Origin: Nitrospirota bacterium | Lineage (GTDB): Bacteria; Nitrospirota; UBA9217 | Reading direction: 5' to 3' | NCBI GenBank assembly: GCA_963663225.1 | Contig: OY760142.1 | Location: 1,120,001-1,184,000 of the forward strand | DNA length: 64,000 nucleotides | Shown: positions 26,261 to 37,151 of the stretch, one piece after another | Position numbering within the stretch: the stretch's first letter is position 1 | How the letters are laid out: every line of letters starts with the position of its first letter | Made by a program: the position numbers and the translations under genes | The notes under the pieces: model-generated | What the model was told of the DNA's origin: nothing | Database searches by the model: none | Seen by the model: the letters and a program-made list of their open reading frames with translations, nothing else

Positions 26261-28639
26261 TTATTTTTTCAACTCCGCCACCGTCACCCCGGCTCCTCCC
26301 TCAGCCGCTTCTCCCGGCCGTATGGAGGCAACCAGAGGATGGTTTTTCATATAGTCCGTCACTGCCTTTTTAAGCGCGCCGGTGCCCAGGCCGTGAATAA
26401 CGGTCACACTCGAAAAATTATCGATTCTCGACCGGTCGATCAAACGTTCTACCTCGGCAATTCCTTCATCCACCCGGAAGCCGAGTATATTAAGACGGCC
26501 CGGCATTCCCTCTGCTTCGTGAAGTTCCGCTCTCCAGCCCGGCGTGGCGTTGGACCGACGCGCCTGCGCTGCAGGCTCGACCGGGGCGACCTCGCGCAGC
26601 GGAAGTTTTATTTTTTTCCCGCCGATGTCCAGCTGAAGCATTCCCCGCTGAGAATTAAGCACAACGCCGGTTTTGTTCACTCCCCGGATCCGCACGCGTT
26701 CACCCGGCAGATAATCGCGGCTTTGTGCGGCTTGGATGTCCTGGGCGGAAACATCGGGGTCAAGCTTTCCGGCAAGGGAGCCAATCTCTGCTGCCGCTGT
26801 TTTTGCCTCTGCCCTGTCCAGTACGGCAATACTCGAAAGCTCGCGGAGCTTCCGGCGAAGAGCAGCGACCACGTCGCGCGATTCCTGCTTCGCCTGTGCT
26901 TTTACAGTACGGGACTCTTCCTGCGCCGTCTTGAGAAGCAACGACGCTTCGTCTCTCTCTTTTTTTGCTATGGCAAGCTCTTTGTCGAGTTCCTCTCTCG
27001 TTCCAACTAGCCTGCGGGTTTCTTCCTCGATCTGTTTGAGTAATTCATCCAGCTTTGAATCGCCTGATCCCAATCGTTCGCGGGCTTTGAGCACAATGTC
27101 GTTCGGAACGCCCAGCCGGGTTGCCATATCAAGCCCGTAACTTCTGCCCGGCCTGCCGGCTATCAGCCGGTAGGTAGGTTTAAGGGTCTGGAGATCGAAC
27201 TCCATAGCTGCATTGGCCGCTCCCTTCGTTTGCGACCCGAAATACTTGAGAGCGTTATGATGCGTCGTTACAATCGCTGCAATTCCGCGTTCAATTAACT
27301 GTTCAAGCACCGCTGCGCCCAGTGCAGCGCCCTCACCCGGATCAGTCCCGGAGCCGAGTTCATCAAGAAGCACCAGCGATCCTGGTTCTGCCTGCCGGAG
27401 TATGCGGGCAATCTGGCTTATGTGCGAAGAAAACGTGCTGAGATCCTGCTCTAGGCTCTGTTCATCGCCGATATCCGCGAATATCGAATGAAAACACGGA
27501 AGTTCACTCCCCTCCGCTGCGGTTATCGGCAAACCAGACTGCGCCATGAGGCTTAAAAGCCCCACGGTCTTTAAAATCACCGTTTTGCCGCCCGCATTCG
27601 GTCCGCTCAGAATCAGAGCCCGTTTGTGTGAATCCAGAATTATATCGCTCGGGGTGACGCCCGTATTGCCGGGATTGTTCCTGTATTTGTCTACAAGCAA
27701 CGGATGCTTCGCTGCGCAAAGTTTGATGCCTCCATCGGGAGACAGCGCAGGAATGATGCCGTCAAATTCTAGTCCGAACCGCGCACGCGCACATACTGAG
27801 TCAATTTCTGCCAGTGCACTACTCGTTGCCGCTATTGTCGCCGCTTCCTGGGCGACGAGCGCCGTGAGCTCCCGCAGGATGCGTTCAACCTCGTCCCGCT
27901 CATCCATGCGAAGCTCCGCAAGCCGGTTGTTCTGCTCCAGCACGTCAAGAGGTTCGACAAACAGCGTGGATCGGGAACCGGACTGCCCGTGTACCACGCC
28001 CTTCAAGCTGTGCCTGAAATTCGGTTTGAGCGGCAGCACATACCGGTCGTCGCGAATGGTAACCACCGGCTCTTGAATAATTTTCTGAAAGCCGGCATCC
28101 TGCAGAATGTCCGCCATGCGATTCAGAATATCGTCGCGATTTCGTGCAATCAGCTTGCGTATCTTGCGCAGTTCCGGACTGGCTGAATCTTTAACTTCCG
28201 CTTTTTCATCAAGGGCCGCGGCAACCGCGTCCTCAATATGTTTTTGCGGATGAATTACCGACGCCTTGGCGCATAACAGCGGCGCAGATAATCTGGAAGC
28301 TGTTCCTTCGAACTGATGAAAAAATTGTTTTATCCGCCTGCCCGCGCTGAGCGTTTGTGCCGTTTTTAAAAGCTCCTCCGGTGTGAGCAGGAAGCCTGCA
28401 ACGCCGAGTTTATGGATTGCAGGTCTGATATCGGAAATACCGTCAAGCGGTGGAATAATACCGCTCTGGAGAATCCGCGTAAATTCATTCGTTTCCTGAA
28501 GCCGGGTTTTAACAAATTCCGCGTCCCCTGACGGCAGAAGCGCGAGAACCGCATCTCTTCCCGTGCCGGATGCCGTATATCCGGCGACAAGATCAATCAC
28601 TTTATGATATTCAAGCACTCGCAGGGCATGTTCGTTCAT
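26261..28639 (-). CDS. mutS2: Endonuclease MutS2
   Basis: SGPNAGGKT, DIGDEQS...LSTFSSH, DELGSGTDP, C-terminal Smr IHGLGTG. Confidence 0.96.
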   Translation of the reverse strand: MNEHALRVLEYHKVIDLVAGYTASGTGRDAVLALLPSGDAEFVKTRLQETNEFTRILQSGIIPPLDGISDIRPAIHKLGVAGFLLTPEELLKTAQTLSAGRRIKQFFHQFEGTASRLSAPLLCAKASVIHPQKHIEDAVAAALDEKAEVKDSASPELRKIRKLIARNRDDILNRMADILQDAGFQKIIQEPVVTIRDDRYVLPLKPNFRHSLKGVVHGQSGSRSTLFVEPLDVLEQNNRLAELRMDERDEVERILRELTALVAQEAATIAATSSALAEIDSVCARARFGLEFDGIIPALSPDGGIKLCAAKHPLLVDKYRNNPGNTGVTPSDIILDSHKRALILSGPNAGGKTVILKTVGLLSLMAQSGLPITAAEGSELPCFHSIFADIGDEQSLEQDLSTFSSHISQIARILRQAEPGSLVLLDELGSGTDPGEGAALGAAVLEQLIERGIAAIVTTHHNALKYFGSQTKGAANAAMEFDLQTLKPTYRLIAGRPGRSYGLDMATRLGVPNDIVLKARERLGSGDSKLDELLKQIEEETRRLVGTREELDKELAIAKKERDEASLLLKTAQEESRTVKAQAKQESRDVVAALRRKLRELSSIAVLDRAEAKTAAAEIGSLAGKLDPDVSAQDIQAAQSRDYLPGERVRIRGVNKTGVVLNSQRGMLQLDIGGKKIKLPLREVAPVEPAAQARRSNATPGWRAELHEAEGMPGRLNILGFRVDEGIAEVERLIDRSRIDNFSSVTVIHGLGTGALKKAVTDYMKNHPLVASIRPGEAAEGGAGVTVAELKK

Positions 28640-28666
28640 AATATATCGTTACTTCCGCAGTGCCCG

Positions 28667-28744
28667 CAGTGGAGTCCCCTCCGGCAGGAGCCGGAGGCTC
28701 CCGCGACTTACTGCATTCTCCCTCGACGAGAGTCGGGGGATTCC
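28667..28744 (-). repeat. Two tandem GC-rich hairpins resembling IS200/IS605 ends (non-autonomous remnant)
   Basis: Minus strand GGAATCCCCCGAC-TCTC-GTCGAGGGAG and GGAGCCTCCGGC-TCCT-GCCGGAGGGG. Confidence 0.5.
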
Positions 28745-28829
28745 ATGTCGCAGGGATTGAGCAAGACAACTGTCCTGCCTTCAAACCGCATAACAACACG
28801 CCGGACCATTGAACACGATGATGACAGTG

Positions 28830-29789
28830 TTACGCCGCCCGTTTTATCCGTTTAAAACCTGAGCACGCCACAATGCTGATCGGTTCGCGCGCTTCAATTT
28901 TGTCCAGCAAAAGATTCAAGCCAAGTGTATCGCTCGATATATGACCTGCAATCACGACATGGATATGATGCTTTTCAGCCTCTTTCCGATGATCTTCTGT
29001 CAGGTGCATCGCCACCATCGTTCCCACGCCGGACTGCGACAGGCGCTCCATAATATCTTTTGGGCCTTCGGTGCCCCCGGTCATGTCTACGAATATTTTG
29101 CCGCACCGCTGGTCCTCGGCGCCCAACAATATCCTGGGCCCGGCATTGTTCTTGACCGCTTCCTGGTATTCGGGAATTTTTTTCAGTAAATCCATAACAT
29201 CCCGAAGACGGTCCGGTTTTTCATGATCAAACAAATCCTGCAGATAAGCAACAACCATGTTGTCGGCAGGAGTATGCAAACAGACGAAAGGAATATCGAG
29301 GAGCCGGGCTACATCCACCGATCGGGTATGGTTTGCCGGCAAAAGTTTATGCTCCACTTCCTTCATCCGGTCGCGCAAGAGATTTTCGGCAACGTTGATC
29401 GGCACGCCGAACCTGTTAAAAATATCGGCCTGCATCTTCATTACTTCATAGAAATTTGCGTATGCGCGGCCTTCAGGATGGTGCGACACGACAAGGTCAA
29501 TGCCGGCGCCTTTTTGGTTCAGCCGGTCTGCCAGCAGGAGTTCGCCCGCTTCAATATCAATCCCTGCGAGAACTTTTTTTACTTCATTCTGGTGGGAGCC
29601 GTGCAGAATTCTGCTGTCGGTATAGGGGTGTTCGAGTTTTTCCGGATCAAAAACAGCTTGTTCGTCCGGCTTCAGTGCATCAAACGACCTACGGACTTCG
29701 CGCAGCTCTTTTTCAATTGCTGTGCGTCCCCGCAGATCAGCGTCAATTCCAGCCTGAATCGCTGCTGTAAAAAATTCATGAAGTTTCAA
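28830..29789 (-). CDS. Nif3/NGG1-interacting-factor-like dinuclear metal protein
   Basis: GIDIE, SHHPEG, LHTPADN, AGHISSDTLGLN. Confidence 0.85.
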   Translation of the reverse strand: MKLHEFFTAAIQAGIDADLRGRTAIEKELREVRRSFDALKPDEQAVFDPEKLEHPYTDSRILHGSHQNEVKKVLAGIDIEAGELLLADRLNQKGAGIDLVVSHHPEGRAYANFYEVMKMQADIFNRFGVPINVAENLLRDRMKEVEHKLLPANHTRSVDVARLLDIPFVCLHTPADNMVVAYLQDLFDHEKPDRLRDVMDLLKKIPEYQEAVKNNAGPRILLGAEDQRCGKIFVDMTGGTEGPKDIMERLSQSGVGTMVAMHLTEDHRKEAEKHHIHVVIAGHISSDTLGLNLLLDKIEAREPISIVACSGFKRIKRAA

Positions 29790-29803
29790 TGGAAGGAACT
29801 CCC

Positions 29804-29837
29804 AAAAAATCAGGGGGCCCGGTCTACATGGCCCCCT
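29804..29837 (-). terminator. Terminator-like hairpin after yqeY
   Basis: AGGGGGCC/GGCCCCCT stem followed by a T6 run on the minus strand. Confidence 0.55.
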
Positions 29838-29888
29838 CTTCAGCCTTAGAATGGCTACTGCACAGACACGTTCGCTTCTGCAGATGCA

Positions 29889-30332
29889 CTAACCAAGCGC
29901 ATGTTTCACGAGCTCACTGATCAGTTTCCCATCGGCACGCCCACCTACCAACGGTATAAGTGCCTTCATGACTTTCCCCATGTCCCGGGAGCCTTGTGCT
30001 CCGGTTTGTGCTATGGTGTCGCGCACCATTGTTTCCAGTTCTTCTCGGGACAACTGCACAGGCAAGTAGGCTTCAAGCACGACAACCTCGGCAGTTTCTT
30101 TATCTACCAAGTCCTGCCTGTTTCCTTTGGCAAATTGCTCAATAGAGTCTTTACGCTGTTTAATAAGAGAGCGAATTGTTTCTATTACCTCTTCCTCGCT
30201 GAGCTGCCGTCTTTTGTCAATTTGTTTGTACTTAAGAGCTGCGTTCAACATCCGAAGTGTGGAAACCTTATCTTTGGCTCCGGTTTTGAGGGCGTTCTTC
30301 AGTTCAGTGTCGATTCGTTCTCTTAATTCCAT
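29889..30332 (-). CDS. yqeY: GatB/YqeY domain protein
   Basis: KQRKDSIEQFAKGNRQDL...YLP.QLS...DMGKVM...GRADGK. Confidence 0.93.
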   Translation of the reverse strand: MELRERIDTELKNALKTGAKDKVSTLRMLNAALKYKQIDKRRQLSEEEVIETIRSLIKQRKDSIEQFAKGNRQDLVDKETAEVVVLEAYLPVQLSREELETMVRDTIAQTGAQGSRDMGKVMKALIPLVGGRADGKLISELVKHALG

Positions 30333-30392
30333 TGCATCTCTCTCAGCCAGGTAATTTTACTCGATTGTATATCTGCTACGCCTGCCGCCAGA

Positions 30393-30593
30393 TTAATTTT
30401 GTCTAAAAATTCGTGCTGTTTTAGCGGCTTTTTTGCGTGCTGCCAGGGCTTTTTTCTTGCGTTTTACGCTTGGTTTTTCATAATGTTCCCGTTTTTTTAC
30501 CTCAGAAAGCACGCCTTCTTTTTCTATGCTTTTTTTAAACCTCCTGAGCGCAGCTTCAAACGGTTCGTTTTCTCGCAACCTTATACTCGGCAC
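30393..30593 (-). CDS. rpsU: 30S ribosomal protein S21
   Basis: [10 protein letters not shown]...[14 protein letters not shown]. Confidence 0.97.
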   Translation of the reverse strand: MPSIRLRENEPFEAALRRFKKSIEKEGVLSEVKKREHYEKPSVKRKKKALAARKKAAKTARIFRQN

Positions 30594-30817
30594 CTTTACT
30601 ACACCCCCCTCCCACCATATCGCATTGTTATATTAATTTTTTCAATAAAAACAAAATCTTATCTGTTTTCTTTCAGAAAAACGTTGTGCTTTTCTACCAA
30701 AAAAACAGAGAAAACCTAATCATTAAAATTAACAACTCCACCATGGATTGTCAAGTGAAATTTAGTTATTTTTTCGTATGTTCCCAAGAAAAATCGGCCC
30801 TAACGGCGCATGCAATC

Positions 30818-32023
30818 TTAACTACGGTAGGCAGCATTAATTTTTATATATTCACATGTTAAATCACAGGTCCACACCGCAGCAGATGCCTTGCCTTTAT
30901 GTAAATCAATGGTAATCTGCACTTCTCTTTGCTTAAGTGCAAGCGTTGCATCACGCTCTGCCGCCTTGCCCTGGCTGAGCCCCTTTTCAACCAGTTTTGC
31001 CTTGCCTATAAAAATATCTGTTTTTGTCTCTTCCATCTCAACGCCGGAATATCCAAGCGCGGCCATAATCCTGCCCCAGTTGGCATCTTCTCCGGAAAGA
31101 GCAGTCTTGACCAGACTGGATTTCGCCACCGTCATGGCGGCGAGCTTTGCCTCCGTCGGAGTTTTAGCGTTTTTTACCACAATCTCTGCAAACTTGGTTG
31201 CGCCCTCGCCATCACGCACTACCTGCTTTGCCAGAGACAGTGTTATCGTATCAAGGCATGTTTGAAATTTTTTGTTTTCCTTGCTGCCCGGCGCGGGGCG
31301 CTTGTTTCCCGCCGCCCCGTTTGCCATGCAAATAATCATATCGTTTGTGCTCGTGTCGCCATCTACGGTAATGGTGTTAAATGATTTTTCCGTAGAAATC
31401 TGCAATGCCTTCTTAAGCATGGGGGCAGGAATATTGGCATCTGTCACAATGAAGCAAAGCATGGTCGCCATGTTGGGATGGATCATGCCCGATCCTTTGG
31501 CAATACCCGCAATGGTAACGGTTTTACCGCCGATTTCTTCCTGCACGACCGCAATCTTAGGATAGATGTCCGTGGTCATAATCGCCTCTGCTGCCTGCTC
31601 CCAGCCGTTTGAAGACAAAAGTCCAACGGCTGTTGCGATCCCCGTTGCCAGCTTCGGCATGGGCAAAAATTCTCCGATCACACCAGTGGATGCTACATAT
31701 ACGGACTCAGGCTTGATACCGAGCTCCCGAGCGGCAATTTCTGCAGTAGTTCGAACGTCAGCAGCCCCCCGCTTGCCGGTGCATGCATTGGCGCATCCAC
31801 TGTTTGCAATAATTGCCTGTGCTTTTCCGGACTTCACTCTCGCCATATTCTGCAGAACAGAAGGTGCTTTCACCCGGTTTCTTGTGAAAACGCCGGCCAC
31901 GGCGGCTTCACGGTCCGAATAAATGATCGCAAGATCTTTTTTATCCGTCTTTTTGATCCCACAGTGAATGCCCCACACCTTGTAACCAGTCACAGACAAA
32001 CCTTTTGTATCAATAATTTTCAT
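30818..32023 (-). CDS. argJ: Bifunctional glutamate N-acetyltransferase/amino-acid acetyltransferase ArgJ
   Basis: NSGCANACTG, STGVIG, AKGSGMIHPNMATML, DGDTSTND, DGEGATK, DANWGRI. Confidence 0.97.
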   Translation of the reverse strand: MKIIDTKGLSVTGYKVWGIHCGIKKTDKKDLAIIYSDREAAVAGVFTRNRVKAPSVLQNMARVKSGKAQAIIANSGCANACTGKRGAADVRTTAEIAARELGIKPESVYVASTGVIGEFLPMPKLATGIATAVGLLSSNGWEQAAEAIMTTDIYPKIAVVQEEIGGKTVTIAGIAKGSGMIHPNMATMLCFIVTDANIPAPMLKKALQISTEKSFNTITVDGDTSTNDMIICMANGAAGNKRPAPGSKENKKFQTCLDTITLSLAKQVVRDGEGATKFAEIVVKNAKTPTEAKLAAMTVAKSSLVKTALSGEDANWGRIMAALGYSGVEMEETKTDIFIGKAKLVEKGLSQGKAAERDATLALKQREVQITIDLHKGKASAAVWTCDLTCEYIKINAAYRS

Positions 32024-32212
32024 GAATCTGCACCTCGTCATCTGATAGCGTTGATCGCAAGCGACAATCGGAGAAACGGCAAGGTAACGTTTCTAAACAT
32101 ACCATCGTATGTTACCAGTACGGCAATTTATGAATTTGACAGGTTGTACTACACCGCTCGTTATTAGTATTACCTTATGGGCGTTGCCGTGCGGAATTTG
32201 GACCGGCTAAAG

Positions 32213-33265
32213 CTAAAGAAACCACCCCGCGCACCGCAATCCCTCTGTCTCGTCAAACCCCATCATCAGGTTCATATTCTGAATCGCCTGCCCTGCCGCG
32301 CCTTTGACGAGATTGTCGATCGCAGTAATGACAACAATCCGGTTCGTCCGGATATCTGTACAGACTCCGATATCGCAAAAATTTGAACCCCGCACGTTTC
32401 GCACGTTCGGGAATTGGCCCAGGGGAAGTATTCGCACGAACGGTTCAAGCTTGTAGAACGCCTTGAAAAGCGAGTGCAGGTGTTCGGCGTCCGTGTTTTT
32501 CTGAATCAAAGCATAGGCCGTTGTTAGAATACCCCGGTTCATCGGAACAAGGTGCGGGGTAAACGAAACCAGGACCTTCTTACCGGACAGTGACGAAAGC
32601 TCCTGCTCAATTTCGGGCGTATGGCGGTGCGTTCCGATTTTGTACGCCATAAATCCTTCGTTTACCTCGGGATAATGATAGGTCAGCGCAGGACTGCGCC
32701 CGGCTCCGGAAACACCCGATTTGGAGTCGATGATAATGCTGTGCGGGTCAATCCAGCCTTCTTTCATAAGCGGAACCAGCCCGAGAATCGCACCCGTCGG
32801 ATAGCAGCCCGGATTCGCGGTGAGCGCAGATTTTTTAATTTTTTCGCGATACATCTCAGGCAAACCATACGTTGCAGTTTTAAGAAGCTCGGGATAGTGG
32901 TGGTCGTGTTCGTACCACTGCTTGTATACTACGGGATCGGAAAGACGGTAGTCGGCCGAGAGGTCCACAACCTTTTTGCCGAGCTTGTGAAATCGAAATG
33001 CTGTTTCCTGCGCAGTCACATGCGGCAGCGCGAGAAAGATAAAATCCGCTTTTTTCGCGACGGCATCAGGGTCAAGCGGTTCGCAAAGAAGTTCCGTCAA
33101 ACCCGCAAGGTGCGGAAAAATTGTTGTAATGGATTTGCCTGCCGACTTTTCCGAGGTAACAGCCGTAACCGTCACCGCAGAATGCTGAAGCAGCAATCGA
33201 TACAGCTCTCCGCCTGTATATCCGCTTGATCCAATAATCGCAATTTTCAGTTTCTTCGTATTCAT
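32213..33265 (-). CDS. argC: N-acetyl-gamma-glutamyl-phosphate reductase
   Basis: GSSGYTG, DLSADYRL, ANPGCYPT, SGVSGAGR, DNLVKGAAGQA. Confidence 0.97.
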   Translation of the reverse strand: MNTKKLKIAIIGSSGYTGGELYRLLLQHSAVTVTAVTSEKSAGKSITTIFPHLAGLTELLCEPLDPDAVAKKADFIFLALPHVTAQETAFRFHKLGKKVVDLSADYRLSDPVVYKQWYEHDHHYPELLKTATYGLPEMYREKIKKSALTANPGCYPTGAILGLVPLMKEGWIDPHSIIIDSKSGVSGAGRSPALTYHYPEVNEGFMAYKIGTHRHTPEIEQELSSLSGKKVLVSFTPHLVPMNRGILTTAYALIQKNTDAEHLHSLFKAFYKLEPFVRILPLGQFPNVRNVRGSNFCDIGVCTDIRTNRIVVITAIDNLVKGAAGQAIQNMNLMMGFDETEGLRCAGWFL

Positions 33266-33327
33266 CGTTGGTACCTGTTAACCGCAAAAAGCAGCGGGAA
33301 AAGGGTATGCGACAAGTTTCACAAAAT

Positions 33328-33359
33328 AAAAGGGGAAGGCATCTCTACCTTCCCCTTTT
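33328..33359 (-). terminator. Intrinsic terminator after rplM-rpsI
   Basis: AAAAGGGGAAGG/CCTTCCCCTTTT inverted repeat. Confidence 0.75.
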
Positions 33360-33407
33360 TTAAACAGGTGTGCAACACCACACAACCCAAAATAGGTATT
33401 TGATCCC

Positions 33408-33806
33408 TTATCTCTTCGAGAACTGGAACCGCGCGCGTGCGCCTTTTTGTCCATACTTTTTGCGCTCTTTCGCCCGGGGGTCACGGGTCAGCAGCCCCTC
33501 CTGACGCAGCTTGCTTCGCGACTCGGCATCCACTGCAAGCAGGGCTTTTGATATACCATGCCGGATTGCTCCCGCCTGGCCGGAATTGCCGCCGCCGAGC
33601 ACGCTGACGAGAACGTCAAATTTATCGATTGTCCCGGTAACCTCGAACGGTTGACGAATAATCATCTTGAGCACATCCCTGCCGAAATACTGATCCATGG
33701 GCCTGTCGTTGATGGTTATTTTACCGCTGCCGGGCATCATCCATACTCGGGCGATTGAGTTTTTTCTTTTCCCTGTTGCGTAATATCTGGATACTGATGC
33801 TGCCAT
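33408..33806 (-). CDS. rpsI: 30S ribosomal protein S9
   Basis: [31 protein letters not shown]...FQFSKR. Confidence 0.98.
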   Translation of the reverse strand: MAASVSRYYATGKRKNSIARVWMMPGSGKITINDRPMDQYFGRDVLKMIIRQPFEVTGTIDKFDVLVSVLGGGNSGQAGAIRHGISKALLAVDAESRSKLRQEGLLTRDPRAKERKKYGQKGARARFQFSKR

Positions 33807-33846
33807 GCAAGTCCTCCTAACGATTTATGCGAAGAATAATCGTTTG

Positions 33847-34278
33847 TTATTTTATGCTCAGTTCCAACGGCTGTTGCGCACTGTGGGGATGTTTTTCCCC
33901 TGAATATACCTTGAGTTTGGAAAGCATCTGCTTCCCCAGTCTGGTCTTCGGAAGCATGCCTCCAATTGCTTTTTTAATCACTTCCTCAGGATTGATCTGC
34001 ATCAATTTCCCGGCAGAGACAGACTTAAGGCCGCCTGGAAATCCTGAATGATGATAATATATTTTTTGATCACGTTTTCTGCCGGTCAAATGCACCTTGT
34101 CTGCATTTACCACAATCACAAAATCTCCGGTGTCCACATGCGTTGTATAAATTGGTTTGGTTTTGCCCTTGAGCACCGAGGCCGCAACAGTAGCCAATCT
34201 GCCCAGCGTCTTACCATTTGCATCGATAACATGCCAAGCCCTTTTTACGTCTTCTTTTTTTGCTGAATAAGTCCCCAT
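33847..34278 (-). CDS. rplM: 50S ribosomal protein L13
   Basis: [46 protein letters not shown]. Confidence 0.98.
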   Translation of the reverse strand: MGTYSAKKEDVKRAWHVIDANGKTLGRLATVAASVLKGKTKPIYTTHVDTGDFVIVVNADKVHLTGRKRDQKIYYHHSGFPGGLKSVSAGKLMQINPEEVIKKAIGGMLPKTRLGKQMLSKLKVYSGEKHPHSAQQPLELSIK

Positions 34279-34586
34279 ATTACGATACCACCTTCTCGGC
34301 ATTTTTTAAGAAACGTGAATATAAACAATTTTGCTTTGTTTGTCAAGCATTTTGTATAAAAAACTCTGTTGGATGCTTATAAAAGCTTGACTTTGCAACG
34401 TTATAAAGAATAAAACACATAAATATCAACTGGTTGTGTTTATTGCGTAATAACAGGTTACCATGATATGCATGTAAACGCAGGATTACGGGAAATCGTT
34501 GTAAAAAGTACCCTATATTTTTCTTGATATCCCGATCTAAATATGTTATTTTATGGGTCGCCTTTTAAGGAAAGGCAATTAACAAT

Positions 34587-34666
34587 TACACACGCGCAAG
34601 GACTCGAATACGGGGTGTCTCCTTACCGAGATCCGTCCGAGGTTGATCTGCGCGGAGGTAAAAACC
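34587..34666 (+). promoter_or_regulatory. rpsB leader RNA (t44/S2 autoregulatory element)
   Basis: ACACACGC...GGGGTG...GCGCGGAGG..AAAACC upstream of rpsB, typical of the S2 leader. Confidence 0.7.
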
Positions 34667-34681
34667 ATGAGGAGGGACACA

Positions 34682-35485
34682 ATGTCCACAATCACGATGA
34701 AGGAGCTGTTGGAAGCAGGAGTACATTTCGGCCACCAAGCAAAGCGGTGGAATCCAAAAATGAAGAAGTACATTTTTGGGGAGCGTAATGGAATCTATAT
34801 TATCGATCTCCAGAAGACACTGAAATTATTCAAAGAAGCTTATGATTTTGTTCGCAATACTGCTGCCCAGGGAAAAGACGTTCTTTTTGTCGGCACAAAA
34901 AAACAGGCGCAGGATGCAATCACCGAAGAAGCAAAACGCTGCGGTATGTATTACGTTTCCAGCCGCTGGCTCGGGGGCATGCTTACAAACTATGCAACCA
35001 TCCGCAAAAGCATTGATCGGCTCAAAAAAATCGAAAAGATGAAAGAAGACGGCACCTACGATAAGCTGACAAAAAAGGAAGTTGCAGGGCTCGAAAAGGA
35101 ACGCGCAAAACTCGAAAAAATACTTTCCGGCATTAAGACCATGCCTGAACGTCCGGCGGTAGTGTTTATCATTGATCCGCGCAAAGAAGACATTGCAGTT
35201 CACGAAGCAAACAAACTCGGCATCCCCGTAGTCGCGGTCGTAGATACAAACTGCGATCCGGATAATATAGATTACGTTATCCCCGGAAATGACGATGCAA
35301 TCCGCGCAATCCGCCTGATGGCTTCCAAAATAGCCGATGCCGTCATTGAAGGAAGGCAGGTAATTACGAAGGAAGCCGGCGAGGCAATGGAAGCTGTAAA
35401 AGCGGCCGGCAGTACGGTTCCTTCCGGGGAAGCACCGGCAGTCGCAGAAGAAATTGAAGATACAGCCGACGATGACAATACTTAA
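34682..35485 (+). CDS. rpsB: 30S ribosomal protein S2
   Basis: [42 protein letters not shown]. Confidence 0.98.
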   Translation: MSTITMKELLEAGVHFGHQAKRWNPKMKKYIFGERNGIYIIDLQKTLKLFKEAYDFVRNTAAQGKDVLFVGTKKQAQDAITEEAKRCGMYYVSSRWLGGMLTNYATIRKSIDRLKKIEKMKEDGTYDKLTKKEVAGLEKERAKLEKILSGIKTMPERPAVVFIIDPRKEDIAVHEANKLGIPVVAVVDTNCDPDNIDYVIPGNDDAIRAIRLMASKIADAVIEGRQVITKEAGEAMEAVKAAGSTVPSGEAPAVAEEIEDTADDDNT

Positions 35486-35549
35486 AACAACGCAAACATA
35501 AAATAAACTTTTTTTTAGTTAGTTTCTTACCTTGAAAGGGGTTTTCAGC

Positions 35550-36416
35550 ATGGCAACCATAACTGCGGCTGTAGTGAAAGACCTCAGAGAAAAAACCGGC
35601 GTCGGCATGATGGAGGCAAAAAAAGCTCTCGAAGAAGCCGGCGGCGATTTTGAAAAAGCTGTCGATATTCTTCGCAAAAAAGGCCTCTCAGCTGCAGCCA
35701 AGAAAGCGGGGCGGATAGCTGCAGAGGGCATGATTGCATCCTCAGCATCGGCAGGCTCCGGCGTTATTATCGAGGTCAACAGCGAAACCGATTTCGTAGC
35801 AAAAAACGAAGAGTTCCAGAAGTTTTCGAAGGCTCTTGCCGAGCTCGTGAACAAGCATAATCCGGCTGATGTGTCCGCATTATCACAACTTACCGTTGAC
35901 GGCGAAACTGTGGAAGCACGACGCCAGACGCTCATCCAAAAAATCGGTGAAAATCTATCCATTAGACGATTTGAGCGGTATCAAACGGATGGAAAACTTT
36001 CCATCTATCTTCATGGAACGAGAATCGGCGTCATGGTGGATTTTACCGGCGGTGATGAACAGCTCGGAAAAGATGTTGCCATGCATATCGCAGCGGCAAA
36101 TCCGCTCTATCTTTCACGGGAAACTGTTCCCGGCGAGGCACTGGCCCGTGAACGTGCGATTTATGAGGCTCAAGCAAAGGAAACCGGGAAACCTGCCGCT
36201 GTTATTTCCAAAATAGTCGACGGTAAGCTCGAAAAGTTTTACGGCGATTCCTGTTTGCTGGAGCAAGTATACATTAAAGATCCGGATGGAAAACTTAAAG
36301 TCAAAAACATTCTGAAAAACGCGGTGGTCCGACGCTTTGTACGGTACCAGCTTGGCGAGGGAATCGAGAAAAAGAAAGAATCCTTTGCCGATGAAGTGGC
36401 TTCCCAACTTAAATAA
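35550..36416 (+). CDS. tsf: Elongation factor Ts
   Basis: VKDLREKTGVGMM, EVNSETDFVAKN, AMHIAAANP. Confidence 0.98.
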   Translation: MATITAAVVKDLREKTGVGMMEAKKALEEAGGDFEKAVDILRKKGLSAAAKKAGRIAAEGMIASSASAGSGVIIEVNSETDFVAKNEEFQKFSKALAELVNKHNPADVSALSQLTVDGETVEARRQTLIQKIGENLSIRRFERYQTDGKLSIYLHGTRIGVMVDFTGGDEQLGKDVAMHIAAANPLYLSRETVPGEALARERAIYEAQAKETGKPAAVISKIVDGKLEKFYGDSCLLEQVYIKDPDGKLKVKNILKNAVVRRFVRYQLGEGIEKKKESFADEVASQLK

Positions 36417-36422
36417 TCATCC

Positions 36423-37151
36423 ATGACCCGTTCAAAATATAAACGCATATTGCTGAAACTCTCCGGCGAAGCCCTTATGGGCGAGCAAAAGTACGGTATT
36501 GACCACGCCGTGCTTGACTCAATCACGTCGGAGATAAAAGAGGTCTGCAGCCTCGGTGTCGAAGTTGCCATTGTAATCGGCGGCGGCAATATCTTCCGGG
36601 GGCTTTCGGGCGCCGCGAAAGGAATGGAGCGGGCCAGCGCGGACTATATGGGCATGCTTGCAACGGTCCTGAATGCCCTGGCACTCCAAAATGTTCTCGA
36701 AAATAAAGGTGTGGTTACGCGCGTGCAATCGGCAATAGAAATGCGGGAGCTTGCCGAAACATACATCCGCAGACGGGCCGTTCGGCATCTCGAGAAAGGA
36801 AGGGTTGTCATTTTTGCAGCGGGCACCGGTAACCCTTACTTTACCACAGACACTGCTGCTGCGTTGCGAGCGATGGAAATCGGCGCTGAAGTCATCATGA
36901 AGGCTACAAAAGTAGACGGCGTTTTCAATGCGGACCCGATGAAGGACAAAACCGCCACCCAATTTAAGCAATTGACCTATATCGATGTCCTTCAAAAAAA
37001 TCTGAAGGTCATGGATGCAACCGCAATTTCCCTGTGCATGGACAATAATCTTCCTATCATCGTTTTTAACCTGACCGTTCCTGGCAATATCAAAAAAATT
37101 GTTTCAGGGGAGGACCTCGGAACGCTGGTGACCGGGAGGAATCATGATTAA
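36423..37151 (+). CDS. pyrH: UMP kinase
   Basis: [35 protein letters not shown]. Confidence 0.98.
   Translation: MTRSKYKRILLKLSGEALMGEQKYGIDHAVLDSITSEIKEVCSLGVEVAIVIGGGNIFRGLSGAAKGMERASADYMGMLATVLNALALQNVLENKGVVTRVQSAIEMRELAETYIRRRAVRHLEKGRVVIFAAGTGNPYFTTDTAAALRAMEIGAEVIMKATKVDGVFNADPMKDKTATQFKQLTYIDVLQKNLKVMDATAISLCMDNNLPIIVFNLTVPGNIKKIVSGEDLGTLVTGRNHD

Noticed and set aside
28611-28855. Short ORFs, cobalamin riboswitch or 6S RNA in the nif3-mutS2 spacer
   Set aside because: No coding signal, B12 box or 6S-like long rod; better explained as two IS-end-like hairpins
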